From contig CAZSFZ010000004.1 of assembly GCA_964606385.1 (NCBI GenBank), forward strand, positions 47,344 through 111,343: DNA of 64,000 bases, written 5' to 3'. This stretch comes from an uncultured bacterium. Lineage in GTDB: Bacteria; Omnitrophota; Omnitrophia; Omnitrophales; Aquincolibacteriaceae. Below, one piece after another: positions 21,801 to 27,611 of the stretch (the stretch's first letter is position 1; each line of letters opens with the position of its first letter). The notes beneath the pieces are model-generated. The model was given only the letters and a program-made list of their open reading frames with translations. It was not told the origin of the DNA and did not search any database. The position numbers and the translations under genes were made by a program.

Positions 21801-24513
21801 AAAAACAATAGATCGAGAAATTGTTCCCGCCCTGATGAAAAGAATTGTCGACCGGGAAATGACGCTTCAAAAGATAGTGGTGGATGAAAAAACCCGTCTT
21901 GAAATAGAAGTTTCTTTGCGTGAACGCGCGATAAACGCTTATCACGCGATCTTTCCCGTTGCAGTCTCAAAAGGATTGGACCCCATAGCGGCTCTAAGGT
22001 TTTTTTATGGGCTGGTTCCTTCGGAAACGGATAGCGATAGAAAATTCATGGACGTCTATGCCGGATTTCTGGCGAAGGATGAAGAAAAGATTCGGGATGC
22101 GAACCGTCAAATATTCGGCACTCCGATCAAGGACCTGGCGACGGCTCGTGAGATCTTTGGGGAAAAATTCTCGTCATGGCTTGGCGTGTTGCTCGCTTTG
22201 CCTCAGGACCTTCTTGAGCAGCGGTTTGCCAAAAAGCTCAGCGGGGACCGCTATGAGCCGGTTGATGAAAATATCTCCGTAATGGCGAACTTCCTTGAGA
22301 ACTTGACGGGGCTTCGTTTGGGGGACGATCGCGAGGTTCTGATCGGGGAAGCCGGTCGGTTGTGGAATGCCTGGAATGATTGGGTCAATCCATCCCGGTC
22401 GATCCCGGTGGCGTCCCGTGTGCTCCAGGTGGGGGGCCTTCAGGTCGTCCAGCATTCCACAGGGTCTTTCATCGCGAAACGGTCTGAGACGCGGATCAAT
22501 CTTATGCAAGTGGCGCCTCAGTTACGGCCTGCGGCAGAATTTCTTGTGGCCACTTTGACGGCCGCAAAAGCAAGCCCGAGGATCGTGACCGCAACGGCTC
22601 GTGAAGTGAAGATCGGAATCACCGATCACGCGGAACGTCAGAATTTGGGGATCATCCTGGCTTATCATCCCGGGAAAACAGGGGTTCTCTATAACAATAG
22701 TGCTCAGCTGCCTGCCGCGGTGGATTTTGAGGTTCGCATTGAACGCGGGGCGGATGAAGCGGAAATGACCACATATGCTTTTGGAGCGGTCAGCGCCGAG
22801 GGCGACGCCCAGGCCAGGGATCTCGTGAATCAATCCTACAGATTGCTTGATACCCTGAGTAAGCTGGAACCTTCCTGGAGCAATGTGCTTCCGGATGGGT
22901 ACTACCCCGGGCGTGGTACCGAAACGGTTTCGCTGGGGACTGAAAAAGATGTCGGACAGACGCGCGCGGAAGTCCGCATCAATGATTTCCGCTATTCCAT
23001 AACCCCGCTGTCCGCGGATGAGAAACGGGTTCCGGGATCGATCAAACGTGAGATGAGTGATGAGGCCCAGCAACCCAATGTTCGCTGGAGCCGGGAGGAG
23101 CTCGAAGGTCTTTCCCAAAAGGTTGTGGATGCGATGAAATACTGGACCCCGAGGCTCTATACCTCCAAGGCTCCGGATGTTCAAACAGCCAAGATGGTTC
23201 AGGAACGGTTATACTCCGAACATTATAGCTATGAGATACCTCTCGCGGCCCATATGTTAAAGGAGATAGCCTTAAAAGCATTGGCCGGAAGAGGTCCTCA
23301 GATCAATGAACTGGGAGAAGGTGACTTGATGTGGGTGGCCAGGGTGCTTCGAGCAGGTGCCGAACATGGCCGCATCCTTCAGAAATACCGGGAAAACTAC
23401 CAGGGGTGGGGGAACTACGACCAGCTGGAATATCTGGCAAGCTCGTCCTCCTATCTGAGAAACGTTCTGAGGAAATTAACCGAGATTTATCAGGCAGAGG
23501 CGCGCCAGGCCGGATCGAATCAGCCCGTGGCTCCTTCCGCGACTGTTCGCTCGGAAGTCCGTGCCGAGGCTCAAGCGGTCTCGCCTGCCGATCAGGGGAA
23601 TTTCATCGTATGGCAGGATGTCCTCGAGGATGTCTACGAGGGTGTCCGTTATGAAGAGACGATCGTTGAAAAAGTGACGCGCTGGTTTCGCGCCGGCATC
23701 CTGCCGTTGCGTGTGGCGTTCTCAGCATCTTACCAGAGAGCGGTGGAGTTGTTGGAACGCATGGGGATCCGTAAAGATGAAGCCGTGGTGCTGGCGAGCC
23801 GTCTTACGGCGGAAGATATGCGGCTGCTTGAGGCGATCAATGCCAAGAGCTTGGCGATCCCCAGGGATCAGACAGGCAAAACCCTTGCCGGCGGTGTTGT
23901 GTTCATGGATGCCGAAGGGCTTCTGGGATTCGCTAAAAATGATAGCCGTGGTTTTTATGCCATGGTGGAAGAACTTGCCGCGGAACAGACGGCAAATGGC
24001 GTTACCGCTAAGCCGATCCTGACCGCGGGAGATGCCGCGTTGATCGGGAAGATCGCCCAAGTATTGAACAACAAGAATTCCGAACTTTTGCCGGCCGAAA
24101 AAGTAAAGGCCCAGGGCTTGATCGATCAAATCCTTCAGGTCGAGGCCCTCAAAGGGGATCAGGCCGCCACGATCAATGGATTGGCCGCGGCAAGACCCGG
24201 GGGGATGGTCACCGTTCTTTCTTCCGCAGAGATGCTGGCGGGCCTTAGCGAAGGAGCGAACTTCGCCTTCAAAGACCGCTTGGCCAAGGAGAACGTGAAA
24301 CTGGTCGTGCGGGCACTTTTGGGACGGATGAGAACGCTGGCAGCCCAATTGGATGGCGCTCCGGCCGCCGATCGGGTCAAGCTTCTTGAAGAGTTCAATG
24401 CGCGTCGCATGGGGGGTCTCAAGAAGACACAGGGCGGATTCGTTTTCGACAATGTCCTCTTGCTCGTCCAGAGCTTTCTCGCTCAGGAAAAAGCGACCGC
24501 GAAATCCGCATAA
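9793..24513 (+). CDS. Giant multidomain secreted/membrane protein, 4906 aa, with embedded amino-acid-dehydrogenase-like and phosphohexomutase-like domains and a recurring R-[SA]-E-x-R motif
   Basis: Uninterrupted 14.7-kb ORF, while neighbouring genes stop at TAA/TGA/TAG. N-terminal signal peptide. No similar-length antisense ORF. Internal enzyme-family motifs. See sub-features and findings. Confidence 0.85.
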   Translation: MNSHKTFKAFVAGFTALIFTVTSFGISPNAFAAAAMPEVSLPYQAALGQSLNLAVPQKLGKLEHFNAGQSDKPAIFHLQTAHGHYEAQQQIREILHYLDKQYGVRTVLVEGSAFKLEPELLNFFPKDKALTQKVNDALTKRAIVKGPELYLLDMLGERGTGNANVNRSTHDVSRAAAPAAYGIEDLNAYRENGVSFVNVLEEKQKTEQFLADMNLQIDRLASQLLNKDLRDFLRRVDAFEKNQIPLDTWLAQLKGEAAKRLEIDLASPTQQLDWPMMVRLFKAQELTAKIDREKLPKEREEFLKAIRRFMPGNVKRGTQNDPSTVSRSPFIAIESLLHSDSISVQLPDPETGMLFEDMVTQLPANFNYEAFPNVRNFIATLLLQSELKADLVMLEVQKLTAAVTEKLTRNKTEKKLVTLLADHRLLQKLFALELTPADYEAIAGHDPRSKAHEKTLKPSAIVARFKNVARGPGAVARSKAVQFENVQELDQLDQLYESAMKFYEGVKGRDELMMKRVEERLKETGDQKVAVITGGFHSEPFHKYFANKQYTYALISPRISGADDKGHVAYIESVMGITKRATRESVSPADRQVLAAENLYGVDQAAYRNLVRKVIADVTRPHLAEADAARLKFAAGLATAGNFRAEMRQTVPGTPQNTGETAAITFTEAKDIVEARKAKARVQGTRGAWPSLDSVFRDSSFVFIPIAVGSEFAGNYFLRSRSEARANDEGLIEQIVRDLKENIQAGPDFILTALQNRRSLLTLELNYYDIAEQIYQTLSKTGMKKVEAEIFFSKNSDAIRQAFSRSEARTEEEERALSVDILLGQSPQKLPQDVIHKLKENGFQTFGDILTALDEKLRKGKRRFSFLDWVTEVEFLVAVKREAPISYAKIQKIRTPKSRAEVREASEFGIEEDDKFPMTDAEADLSLDDIIGELYAVADADESDSGDAKAEALQHIDLIQSAKHKNQLLPAIVDAQKFLRSPLAANRSEVRIDPKELEAKFPTAAELGIKRPAKWQFWMQDPVIERMKAYATEYLAFYGYAPKAAWLKSFVDMYLAGSRHSFQAFQRMLPADKLDAFVYIGDLKKLPTAPQPAAKSEVQSALKKPGAKRSEIRLTPEQETRPLDIVKDQAAISHVVVTAESLYRQWSSKWFWQLRMGEFSNAKKQIKALLENKKLTYKDRNFYGLNRQPITEEAFILQVIVLGRLGYGIDASIVTNKEITRSVSRAGKRDSWETSEDVEHWGRDVEVVSPASHNIYLVATARSEVRLTDAVDVSNQALFNDIRSVAENRGAEAALEFIHAYEPRITGDQDRAALEAYRKALEQSMRSELRNAGEKEAKRLQLMEEAKALSAQSEAMAKDPDEERYAPLYEGYARERLRQAAQLEAEMDASARAELRVGAVIQRVAIFAAVAAMTGLVGCATSQPGLYHPPVYYPASQKTPIYHPPTLPSNYRAPKINTAPVVPPGGIRVTPPRPSVPPAPKPPVIRPGRSEVRSAFHHLKEAKTPAEVGHYLAQLLVTGQLNGQDKKILEKALQDEFASETSGEKVQDPSKITRRSELRGHLDRIRKAQQRLEEERTSAKWLVILGLAGLIFILHALEKSSSGEIDEAQTQAPLLDLGQAQPRSELRETTQEALRRIHADLDGVDRLITELKRDRKAPNRETRLRVLNAAYRELEQERLRLEIEKAVKDFWGEELIQFLGSVATVSPATLGRALVLGAVMHPAMIRNFTKLDRSEVRAEADVATAAKIAERWKRITYVESDPEGAKLKAEAEEKGAGFLNNAQTTVRKVAAQIKLDPKVLEKLLQFTKAIQIKIPLTLDEGGETRYIDGYRIGHAPYRGPYKGGIRYAIAVVLSMIKALATEMSFKNAIAGLPYGGGKGGVAVNPKELSVKELARLTRGYVSECLKQDPKAFGPLDDVPAGDIGTTSREMGWFADEFLKITRPDLFTSSEFLEKLAKSDETSTPYLEYYMEAYYGKRHIDMSEGSPIATVTAKPEGKGGAMGRTPATGLGLYYVTREALKVYGERLGIGTSVKGQRVAVEAYGNVGSYAARSFYKDGASIMALKEYVRGQNVAVTAVKDSGIDLDALDKHLAEKNADGTSKGNTVLTYAAAHPEDARVVDVDQFWSSDVTILALAAKEKTVNKEIAALIKAKIISEGANGPLELDGSEQILLDKGAIILPDVATNDGGVAFSSLEWRQNNIGELWPEVAGNGLMEDKVVSAFYDISRVSESQKITLREAAYQIAISKIVDAMLAEDSELASLFDESHPPYVMDAGAKRWRPETLPQLKQVDSTAKRIELIERADSVMSKKVDELVAEALRELPLKRGSVILLGGQRAAGKPMLAGQIMNKIREKGIKADVLDLDYQTIEDVSRVLQGKTIFVRKENGLSGGAFNLEDKEILVVHGYYALGDEILRFVKAMGGKAYPVMAYSSPDILLANNWALTAYDLRLMRDILTSVAVGEENNAQEVIRRWQWQRVSETEAVMATWKNARRAINTYLPYELPFLKSLIAPMIRVATQQEMKRPDSDVFTMNVLHHLDKLLVGVEGWDVSLLDGHHNSVLWEYVQRYAPNGIYAESADDDIKKVANALVKEAKDTVFLLTSLQDAENLTQLPAWLSASIERILLALEVQKDAASWYVENRGNLVRLLSGRSEMRTMPALGSPHQERSGARLNVLILGRGSDAGVLGEDIWKGLGRPDQGIYMPETEREARSALRNVRGSFDAVVVTIPDGNQTLPRWMFDLVLEMRGQMPEIPVLISASDKSMVSPAAIYTIRAPIKLFVKTQGSPALVATLKDIPARSEARAIPVLGATHPELEAKYKDQVEASTPAYVKRGNPIFDITTPGQFEAVLKYAHLYAYKKDVAFDPANPGPNDEGLGLMAWLEDYEAEAKVATAGIRLTQNILYPWDTRNRINEIGIAFATLAKASVSKEQFSGKDLEKLTGGESRYNTKRFVDMIARIQAAQGIRTYVPVKRHTTPIWMVSMLAFMFDLVGAEHVTSSHAGSNFSATKDINNQGSQYLPEESGRFVAKIRDMFEVAKKQGEFRFAIAAANDPLIDEELMKATDDGTDVYVDYLKNGVATGVNLDRIRNVKDKIIVDSVGGSMYRTMTRIFAKLGIADAFQWLHTEEDPFFHGIGKELTSAGKVNDYTQDTTVIKRDKKTGETTSIPVMERMGYDTLLKDAPIGKVVLMTDPDGDRLVTGQVESADRAAYLKQLGVEVLKLDENRILAVYSPNQSFFMSMVYHADSLKAAGLWDKHPRFIIMTTASSPAWREWAEKNGVQVLNVPVGFKEIAAMMKKVEYQMKKNPGKPVVVKDVFGREVNLGLDPRMLFAGEESGGMIIGPEELIQSRSGRLAIAMREKSAGEALVIQAAMAAYLESKGQPLSGYLSELFDKNRIASRFDVRHDQTFYNQSEPDPDELKKEKAKGEIAREKNYAFFVNMVLSKLSGKTTTQQIIEILNEVFAPQGLRFDDLQDMIFVGDGVYLQFPDKIMEIRPSGTDAKSKSYGYGNDKLRLAVYAQAVGAYSGDPTALYRQYVDMSNFEEVRVVNGKPVFRGEDVRWELYQAYYREGLPEEDYQPAMVSVGSNLVTPAQSEILKARAEMRSKLDLEQAAKAMTISAAVILGLVVLGQLSEVAKLTLGLATLGLAGAFWNIRNFSFKPEDLSSRYPQATSLIREKIQKILAIDPHFTGYALDRIDWKKIDRDLVELASLEALIAHGSQHVLTDSGIKLVRDDRKGAVTVFSAQSVRDQLKKTGGEIVEAGHRYRQAARERYSVQLASRSEARAEGETEVKPAANAAVSAEKPVEEKPAPKIDPTKPLYEATSSPREEKSAVLEGGAILFWGFIGILTVAGLVGALIFIHKEAAHDGMSRAIMVTIYGVLAITGTVAGWLIYGMSRDNQKIAGAEASSKSEVVSPVKAGSQPFQPSDAPKIPAEAATESRSEVRQNVEQEMNDLLSRRDDLMKTEKYTAQVAVELQQVNDRIAEIRRNVQQSRERSEIRNPEKTIDREIVPALMKRIVDREMTLQKIVVDEKTRLEIEVSLRERAINAYHAIFPVAVSKGLDPIAALRFFYGLVPSETDSDRKFMDVYAGFLAKDEEKIRDANRQIFGTPIKDLATAREIFGEKFSSWLGVLLALPQDLLEQRFAKKLSGDRYEPVDENISVMANFLENLTGLRLGDDREVLIGEAGRLWNAWNDWVNPSRSIPVASRVLQVGGLQVVQHSTGSFIAKRSETRINLMQVAPQLRPAAEFLVATLTAAKASPRIVTATAREVKIGITDHAERQNLGIILAYHPGKTGVLYNNSAQLPAAVDFEVRIERGADEAEMTTYAFGAVSAEGDAQARDLVNQSYRLLDTLSKLEPSWSNVLPDGYYPGRGTETVSLGTEKDVGQTRAEVRINDFRYSITPLSADEKRVPGSIKREMSDEAQQPNVRWSREELEGLSQKVVDAMKYWTPRLYTSKAPDVQTAKMVQERLYSEHYSYEIPLAAHMLKEIALKALAGRGPQINELGEGDLMWVARVLRAGAEHGRILQKYRENYQGWGNYDQLEYLASSSSYLRNVLRKLTEIYQAEARQAGSNQPVAPSATVRSEVRAEAQAVSPADQGNFIVWQDVLEDVYEGVRYEETIVEKVTRWFRAGILPLRVAFSASYQRAVELLERMGIRKDEAVVLASRLTAEDMRLLEAINAKSLAIPRDQTGKTLAGGVVFMDAEGLLGFAKNDSRGFYAMVEELAAEQTANGVTAKPILTAGDAALIGKIAQVLNNKNSELLPAEKVKAQGLIDQILQVEALKGDQAATINGLAAARPGGMVTVLSSAEMLAGLSEGANFAFKDRLAKENVKLVVRALLGRMRTLAAQLDGAPAADRVKLLEEFNARRMGGLKKTQGGFVFDNVLLLVQSFLAQEKATAKSA
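10256..10315. repeat. Family-1 palindromic element inserted in-frame inside the giant ORF
   Basis: ggggaacggggaacggggaacgcaaacgttaaccgttccacgcatgacgtttcccgcg. Translates GERGTGNANVNRSTHDVSRA without a stop. Confidence 0.7.
10724..10790. repeat. Family-1 palindromic element inserted in-frame inside the giant ORF
   Basis: ggggaacgtaaaacgtggaacgcagaacgatccgtcaaccgtttcccgttcaccgttcatcg. Translates GNVKRGTQNDPSTVSRSPFIA. Confidence 0.7.
11193..11223. repeat. Family-2 direct tandem (GTGGCCCG x3) in-frame inside giant ORF
   Basis: cgtggcccgtggcccgggagccgtggcccgg, translated VARGPGAVAR. Confidence 0.6.
13981..14260 (+). other. Predicted TM helix followed by a Pro/Tyr-rich low-complexity segment in giant protein
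   Basis: VGAVIQRVAIFAAVAAMTGLVGCA, then PGLYHPPVYYPASQKTPIYHPPTLPSNYRAPKINTAPVVPPGGIRVTPPRPSVPPAPKPPVIRPG. Confidence 0.55.
14527..14585 (+). other. Predicted TM helix in giant protein
   Basis: AKWLVILGLAGLIFILHAL hydrophobic stretch. Confidence 0.5.
15190..16560 (+). other. Glu/Leu/Phe/Val dehydrogenase (GDH-family) domain inside giant protein
   Basis: Family motifs in canonical order: PYKGGIRYA (substrate Lys), GGGKGG (catalytic Lys loop), DVPAGDIGTTSREMGWFADEF, and NAD(P) fingerprint AYGNVGSYAARSF. Confidence 0.75.
16770..16890 (+). other. P-loop kinase-like segment (degenerate Walker A) inside giant protein
   Basis: GSVILLGGQRAAGKPMLAGQIMNKIREKGIKADVLDLD resembles a uridine-kinase/PRK-type N-terminus, but GKP replaces GK[ST]. 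Confidence 0.3.
18430..20400 (+). other. alpha-D-phosphohexomutase (PGM/PMM)-like domain inside giant protein
   Basis: All four family motifs in order: Ser loop TSSHAGSN (~18790), metal loop TDPDGDRL (~19365), sugar loop AGEESGGM (~19790), phosphate loop IRPSGTDAKSK (~20275). Confidence 0.7.
20620..20752 (+). other. Predicted pair of TM helices in giant protein
   Basis: AAKAMTISAAVILGLVVLGQL...LTLGLATLGLAGAFWNI. Confidence 0.5.
21298..21480 (+). other. Predicted cluster of ~3 TM helices in giant protein
   Basis: GGAILFWGFIGILTVAGLVGALIFI...AIMVTIYGVLAITGTVAGWLIYGM. Confidence 0.5.
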
Positions 24514-24515
24514 TA

Positions 24516-24551
24516 CCGCGCAAAGCGCGGCGTGTTGCGAGGATTGTCCTC
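24516..24551 (+). terminator. Two short hairpins just after the giant-gene stop (weak terminator candidates)
   Basis: ccgcgc-aaa-gcgcgg, then gagga-ttgt-cctc. No clear U-tract. Confidence 0.25.
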
Positions 24552-24633
24552 ACACTAAGTCCTTTCCATTCCTGGGCTTCATTGCTAAAATACCTCTCCA
24601 GTTCGTAACTTGTTGAACAAAGGGGAGATAGCA

Positions 24634-25845
24634 GTGTTTCCATCCGTCCAAGAACAGCTCGAGATCTTCAAGGAAAATCTCGTCGAACTTATCTCTGAGC
24701 GAGAACTTATCACAAAACTTGAAGCCTCGATCAAGAAGAACCGTCCTCTTCGGGTCAAATACGGCGCCGATCCCTCCGCTCCGGACCTTCATTTAGGCCA
24801 TACTGTACCGCTTCGTAAGCTCAGGCAATTACAGGACTTAGGGCATACCGTCGTTTTCATTATCGGGGATTTTACGGCACGCATCGGGGATCCTTCGGGA
24901 AAGTCCGAGACGCGGCCGATGCTTTCCGAAGAGCAGGTCCATGCTAACGCAAAGACCTATCAGGAGCAGGTCTTCCGCATTCTTGACAAGAAAAAGACCG
25001 AAGTCCGGTACAACTCCGAATGGCTCGGAACGATGCGTTCCGAGGATTTCCTGAAACTGACGGCGCAATATACGGTGGCGCGGATCCTGGAACGCGATGA
25101 TTTTTCAAAGCGCTACAAGGCCGGGGAGCCGATCGCTCTTGTTGAGTTCCTTTATCCTCTGATGCAGGGGCATGATTCCGTGGAGATCGAATCCGACATC
25201 GAGATCGGGGGCACGGACCAGAAGTTTAATCTTCTCGTGGGGCGGGAACTTCAAAAGACCGACGGCCAGGAAGCGCAGGTCGTGATGACCCTGCCTTTGA
25301 TCGAAGGAACGGACGGCGTTCAAAAGATGTCGAAGAGCCTCGGGAACCATATTGCCCTTAAAGATACGCCGCGCGAAATGTTCGGCAAGGTGATGTCGAT
25401 CCCGGACGCGCTTATGGAGCGGTATTATCGTTACGTGGCGGCACTGCCTCCCGCGGAAGTCAAGACGATCCTGGCCCAGCTCAAGAGCGGGGCACTCCAT
25501 CCCCGTGAGGCGAAAGCGCAGCTCGCGGAGCGGATCGTCTCGCTTTTTCACTCGGAAGAAGAAGCGACGAAGGCGCGCGCGGAGTTCGACGAGATCTTCA
25601 AGAATAAAGGGACGCCGGATGAGATGCCTGCGGTCAAGATCCATCAAAAAACGATCGATATTGTGACCCTTCTGGCCGAGGCCAAACTTGTAACAAGTAA
25701 ATCCGAAGCCCGGCGCCTCATGGAGCAGGGGGGTGTGAAGATCGGCCACGAGAAGATCACGGACCCCAAGGCTGTGATCACGATTGGAGCGCCGTTCGTT
25801 TTGCAATGCGGCAAGCGGAAATTCGCCCGCATCGAACCCGCCTGA
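24634..25845 (+). CDS. tyrS: Tyrosine--tRNA ligase
   Basis: Class I motifs HLGHTVPL and KMSKSLGN, plus a C-terminal S4-like domain. GTG 24634 follows RBS AGGGGAG. The ORF track gives TTG 24610. Confidence 0.85.
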   Translation: MFPSVQEQLEIFKENLVELISERELITKLEASIKKNRPLRVKYGADPSAPDLHLGHTVPLRKLRQLQDLGHTVVFIIGDFTARIGDPSGKSETRPMLSEEQVHANAKTYQEQVFRILDKKKTEVRYNSEWLGTMRSEDFLKLTAQYTVARILERDDFSKRYKAGEPIALVEFLYPLMQGHDSVEIESDIEIGGTDQKFNLLVGRELQKTDGQEAQVVMTLPLIEGTDGVQKMSKSLGNHIALKDTPREMFGKVMSIPDALMERYYRYVAALPPAEVKTILAQLKSGALHPREAKAQLAERIVSLFHSEEEATKARAEFDEIFKNKGTPDEMPAVKIHQKTIDIVTLLAEAKLVTSKSEARRLMEQGGVKIGHEKITDPKAVITIGAPFVLQCGKRKFARIEPA

Positions 25846-25854
25846 AACTTTCCT

Positions 25855-26838
25855 ATGACCGACACTCCGGATTCTTCCTGCGCGATCGAGTTTGAGCATG
25901 TGTCCAAAAAATACGGCTCGTTCTACGCGCTTCGCGACGTTTCTTTCGATGTCCGGGAAGGCGAGATCGTAGGATTTCTCGGGCCGAACGGCGCCGGGAA
26001 AACGACGGCCATGCGCATTCTTTCCGGGTTCTTTCCTCCGACGAGCGGGCGCGTCTCCATTTGCGGGACGAATATGTTCAAGAATCCTCACAAGGCCAAA
26101 CGTTTTTTGGGCTATCTTCCCGAGGTTGTGAGCCTTTATCCCGACATGAAGGTGATCGAATACTTGCGTTTTGTGGCGAAGCTTAAAGGGGTTCCGGCGC
26201 ATGAGATCAAGGGGCATGTAAGAAGTAAAATGAATTTCTGCGGACTCCAGGAGACCGGTCACCGTTTGATCGGGCGGCTTTCCAAAGGTTATCGCCAGAG
26301 GGTCGGCCTCGCGCAGGCGTTGATCGGAGACCCGCGGGTCCTGATCCTGGATGAACCGACGACGGGGCTCGACCCGACCCAGATCAAGGAGATCCGTGAT
26401 CTTATTCGTGCGTTGGGGCAGAACCGCGCGGTGATCCTTTCGACGCACATCCTTCCGGAAGTTTCCATGCTTTGCAGCCGGGTGATGATGATCAATCAGG
26501 GCGAGATCCTCGCGAATGGGACTGTTCCGGAACTGGCCTCCTGCCTGGAGGACCGTGAAGCGATCCACATCAAGATCAAGGACCGCAAAGACCAGGCGCG
26601 GGCGCTCAAGCTCCTGAGCGCGATCCCCGGCATTGAGGCCCTGAAAGTGGCGGAGGAGGTCCGAGGCGAGACCTTTATTTCCTTCGAAACTTCGCCCGAT
26701 CAGGACCTCCGGCCCCGCATCATGAAACTTTTTGTGGATGAGAAGATCTCGCTTGCGGAGATCCAGCGCGTTCAGTTGTCGCTCGAGGATATCTTTCTTG
26801 GGCTTTTGAAGAACGGGAAGCTCGGGAGGCGTTCGTGA
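25855..26838 (+). CDS. ABC transporter ATP-binding protein (ABC-2 / gliding-motility-associated type)
   Basis: Walker A GPNGAGKTT, signature LSKGYRQRV, Walker B LILDEPTTGLD. Confidence 0.85.
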   Translation: MTDTPDSSCAIEFEHVSKKYGSFYALRDVSFDVREGEIVGFLGPNGAGKTTAMRILSGFFPPTSGRVSICGTNMFKNPHKAKRFLGYLPEVVSLYPDMKVIEYLRFVAKLKGVPAHEIKGHVRSKMNFCGLQETGHRLIGRLSKGYRQRVGLAQALIGDPRVLILDEPTTGLDPTQIKEIRDLIRALGQNRAVILSTHILPEVSMLCSRVMMINQGEILANGTVPELASCLEDREAIHIKIKDRKDQARALKLLSAIPGIEALKVAEEVRGETFISFETSPDQDLRPRIMKLFVDEKISLAEIQRVQLSLEDIFLGLLKNGKLGRRS

Positions 26839-27611
26839 AAAAGGTCCTGACGATCGCGCGCAAGGAATTCGGGAGCTGTTTTCACTCCTGGCTGGGGGTG
26901 TTAGCATCGGGGCTTTTTTATCTGGCCTCCGGGATCTTTTTCGTAGTCTTGGTGCTCAGCTATGTCAAGATCTCCATGAACCCGCAGCAATACGGTCTTT
27001 CGAATTTCAGCGGGATCAACCAGACCCAATACGTTTTTGGATCCTTTTTCTCGAACATCAGCATTATGTTGCTTTTCCTAGTGCCGATCCTGACCATGCG
27101 CTCCTTTTCGGAGGAGAAGCGCCAGGAAACCCTCGAGCTGCTTTTCACGTACCCCCTGTCCGATTTTGAGATCGTTGCCGGCAAACAATTGGGGATCCTC
27201 TGGTTCTATGAAGCGATGATCCTGCCGCTTTTGGGCTATGTGGCGGTCTTTCACGGGATCGGCGGGGAATGCGACTGGGGGCCGGTCGTTCTCGGTTTTG
27301 TAGGCTTCTGGCTGCTCGGGTGTTCGTACCTGGCGGCGGGGGTCTTCATTTCAAGCCTCACGCGGAGCCCGGTCCTGAGTGCGCTCGGGACGTTCGGGGT
27401 CTTGCTCATGTTCTGGATCCTGGACTGGGTGGATGATATCTCGACGGGTTATTGGGCCCGCATTTTTTCCGAGCTGTCGCCGCTTGCGCATTACAAGAAT
27501 TTCACGCTCGGGATCCTGGACCTGAGGGATGTGGTCTATTTTGTTTTCTTTTTCTTTTACTTTGTTTTTCTGACACTCCGTTCGATCGAAACCCGGAACT
27601 GGAAAAGCTGA
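26835..27611 (+). CDS. ABC-2 family transporter permease
   Basis: Six hydrophobic segments. GTGA overlap with the upstream ATPase. Confidence 0.75.
   Translation: MKKVLTIARKEFGSCFHSWLGVLASGLFYLASGIFFVVLVLSYVKISMNPQQYGLSNFSGINQTQYVFGSFFSNISIMLLFLVPILTMRSFSEEKRQETLELLFTYPLSDFEIVAGKQLGILWFYEAMILPLLGYVAVFHGIGGECDWGPVVLGFVGFWLLGCSYLAAGVFISSLTRSPVLSALGTFGVLLMFWILDWVDDISTGYWARIFSELSPLAHYKNFTLGILDLRDVVYFVFFFFYFVFLTLRSIETRNWKS

Noticed and set aside
9793-24513. Possibility that the giant ORF is an artefact of an alternative genetic code (stop codon reassignment)
   Set aside because: Flanking genes in the same window end with TAA (pheA, fabF, tyrA), TGA (scpB, tyrS, ABC ATPase) and TAG (hisC, ubiX). 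All three stops are therefore functional. The giant ORF contains none of them in-frame for 14.7 kb.
9793-24513. Giant protein as a tandem-repeat adhesin (Ig-like/cadherin/RTX arrays)
   Set aside because: Segments between the RSExR sites show no mutual similarity by eye. Only the pentapeptide recurs, so it is a mosaic rather than a repeat array.
24514-24633. T-box leader upstream of tyrS
   Set aside because: Only ~120 nt are available. No specifier-loop/antiterminator architecture is discernible, and it is too short for a T-box.
25105-26907. 600-aa ORF on the minus strand
   Set aside because: Antisense to the well-supported tyrS 3' end and the ABC ATPase. Arg/Pro-rich, low-complexity translation typical of reverse-strand read-through in GC-rich coding DNA. 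No recognisable motifs.
27452-27610. ORF-track start (27452) for the GldG-like gene
   Set aside because: That start lies inside the ABC-2 permease gene in another frame. ATG 27611 overlaps the permease stop (ATGA) and begins directly at the N-terminal TM anchor.
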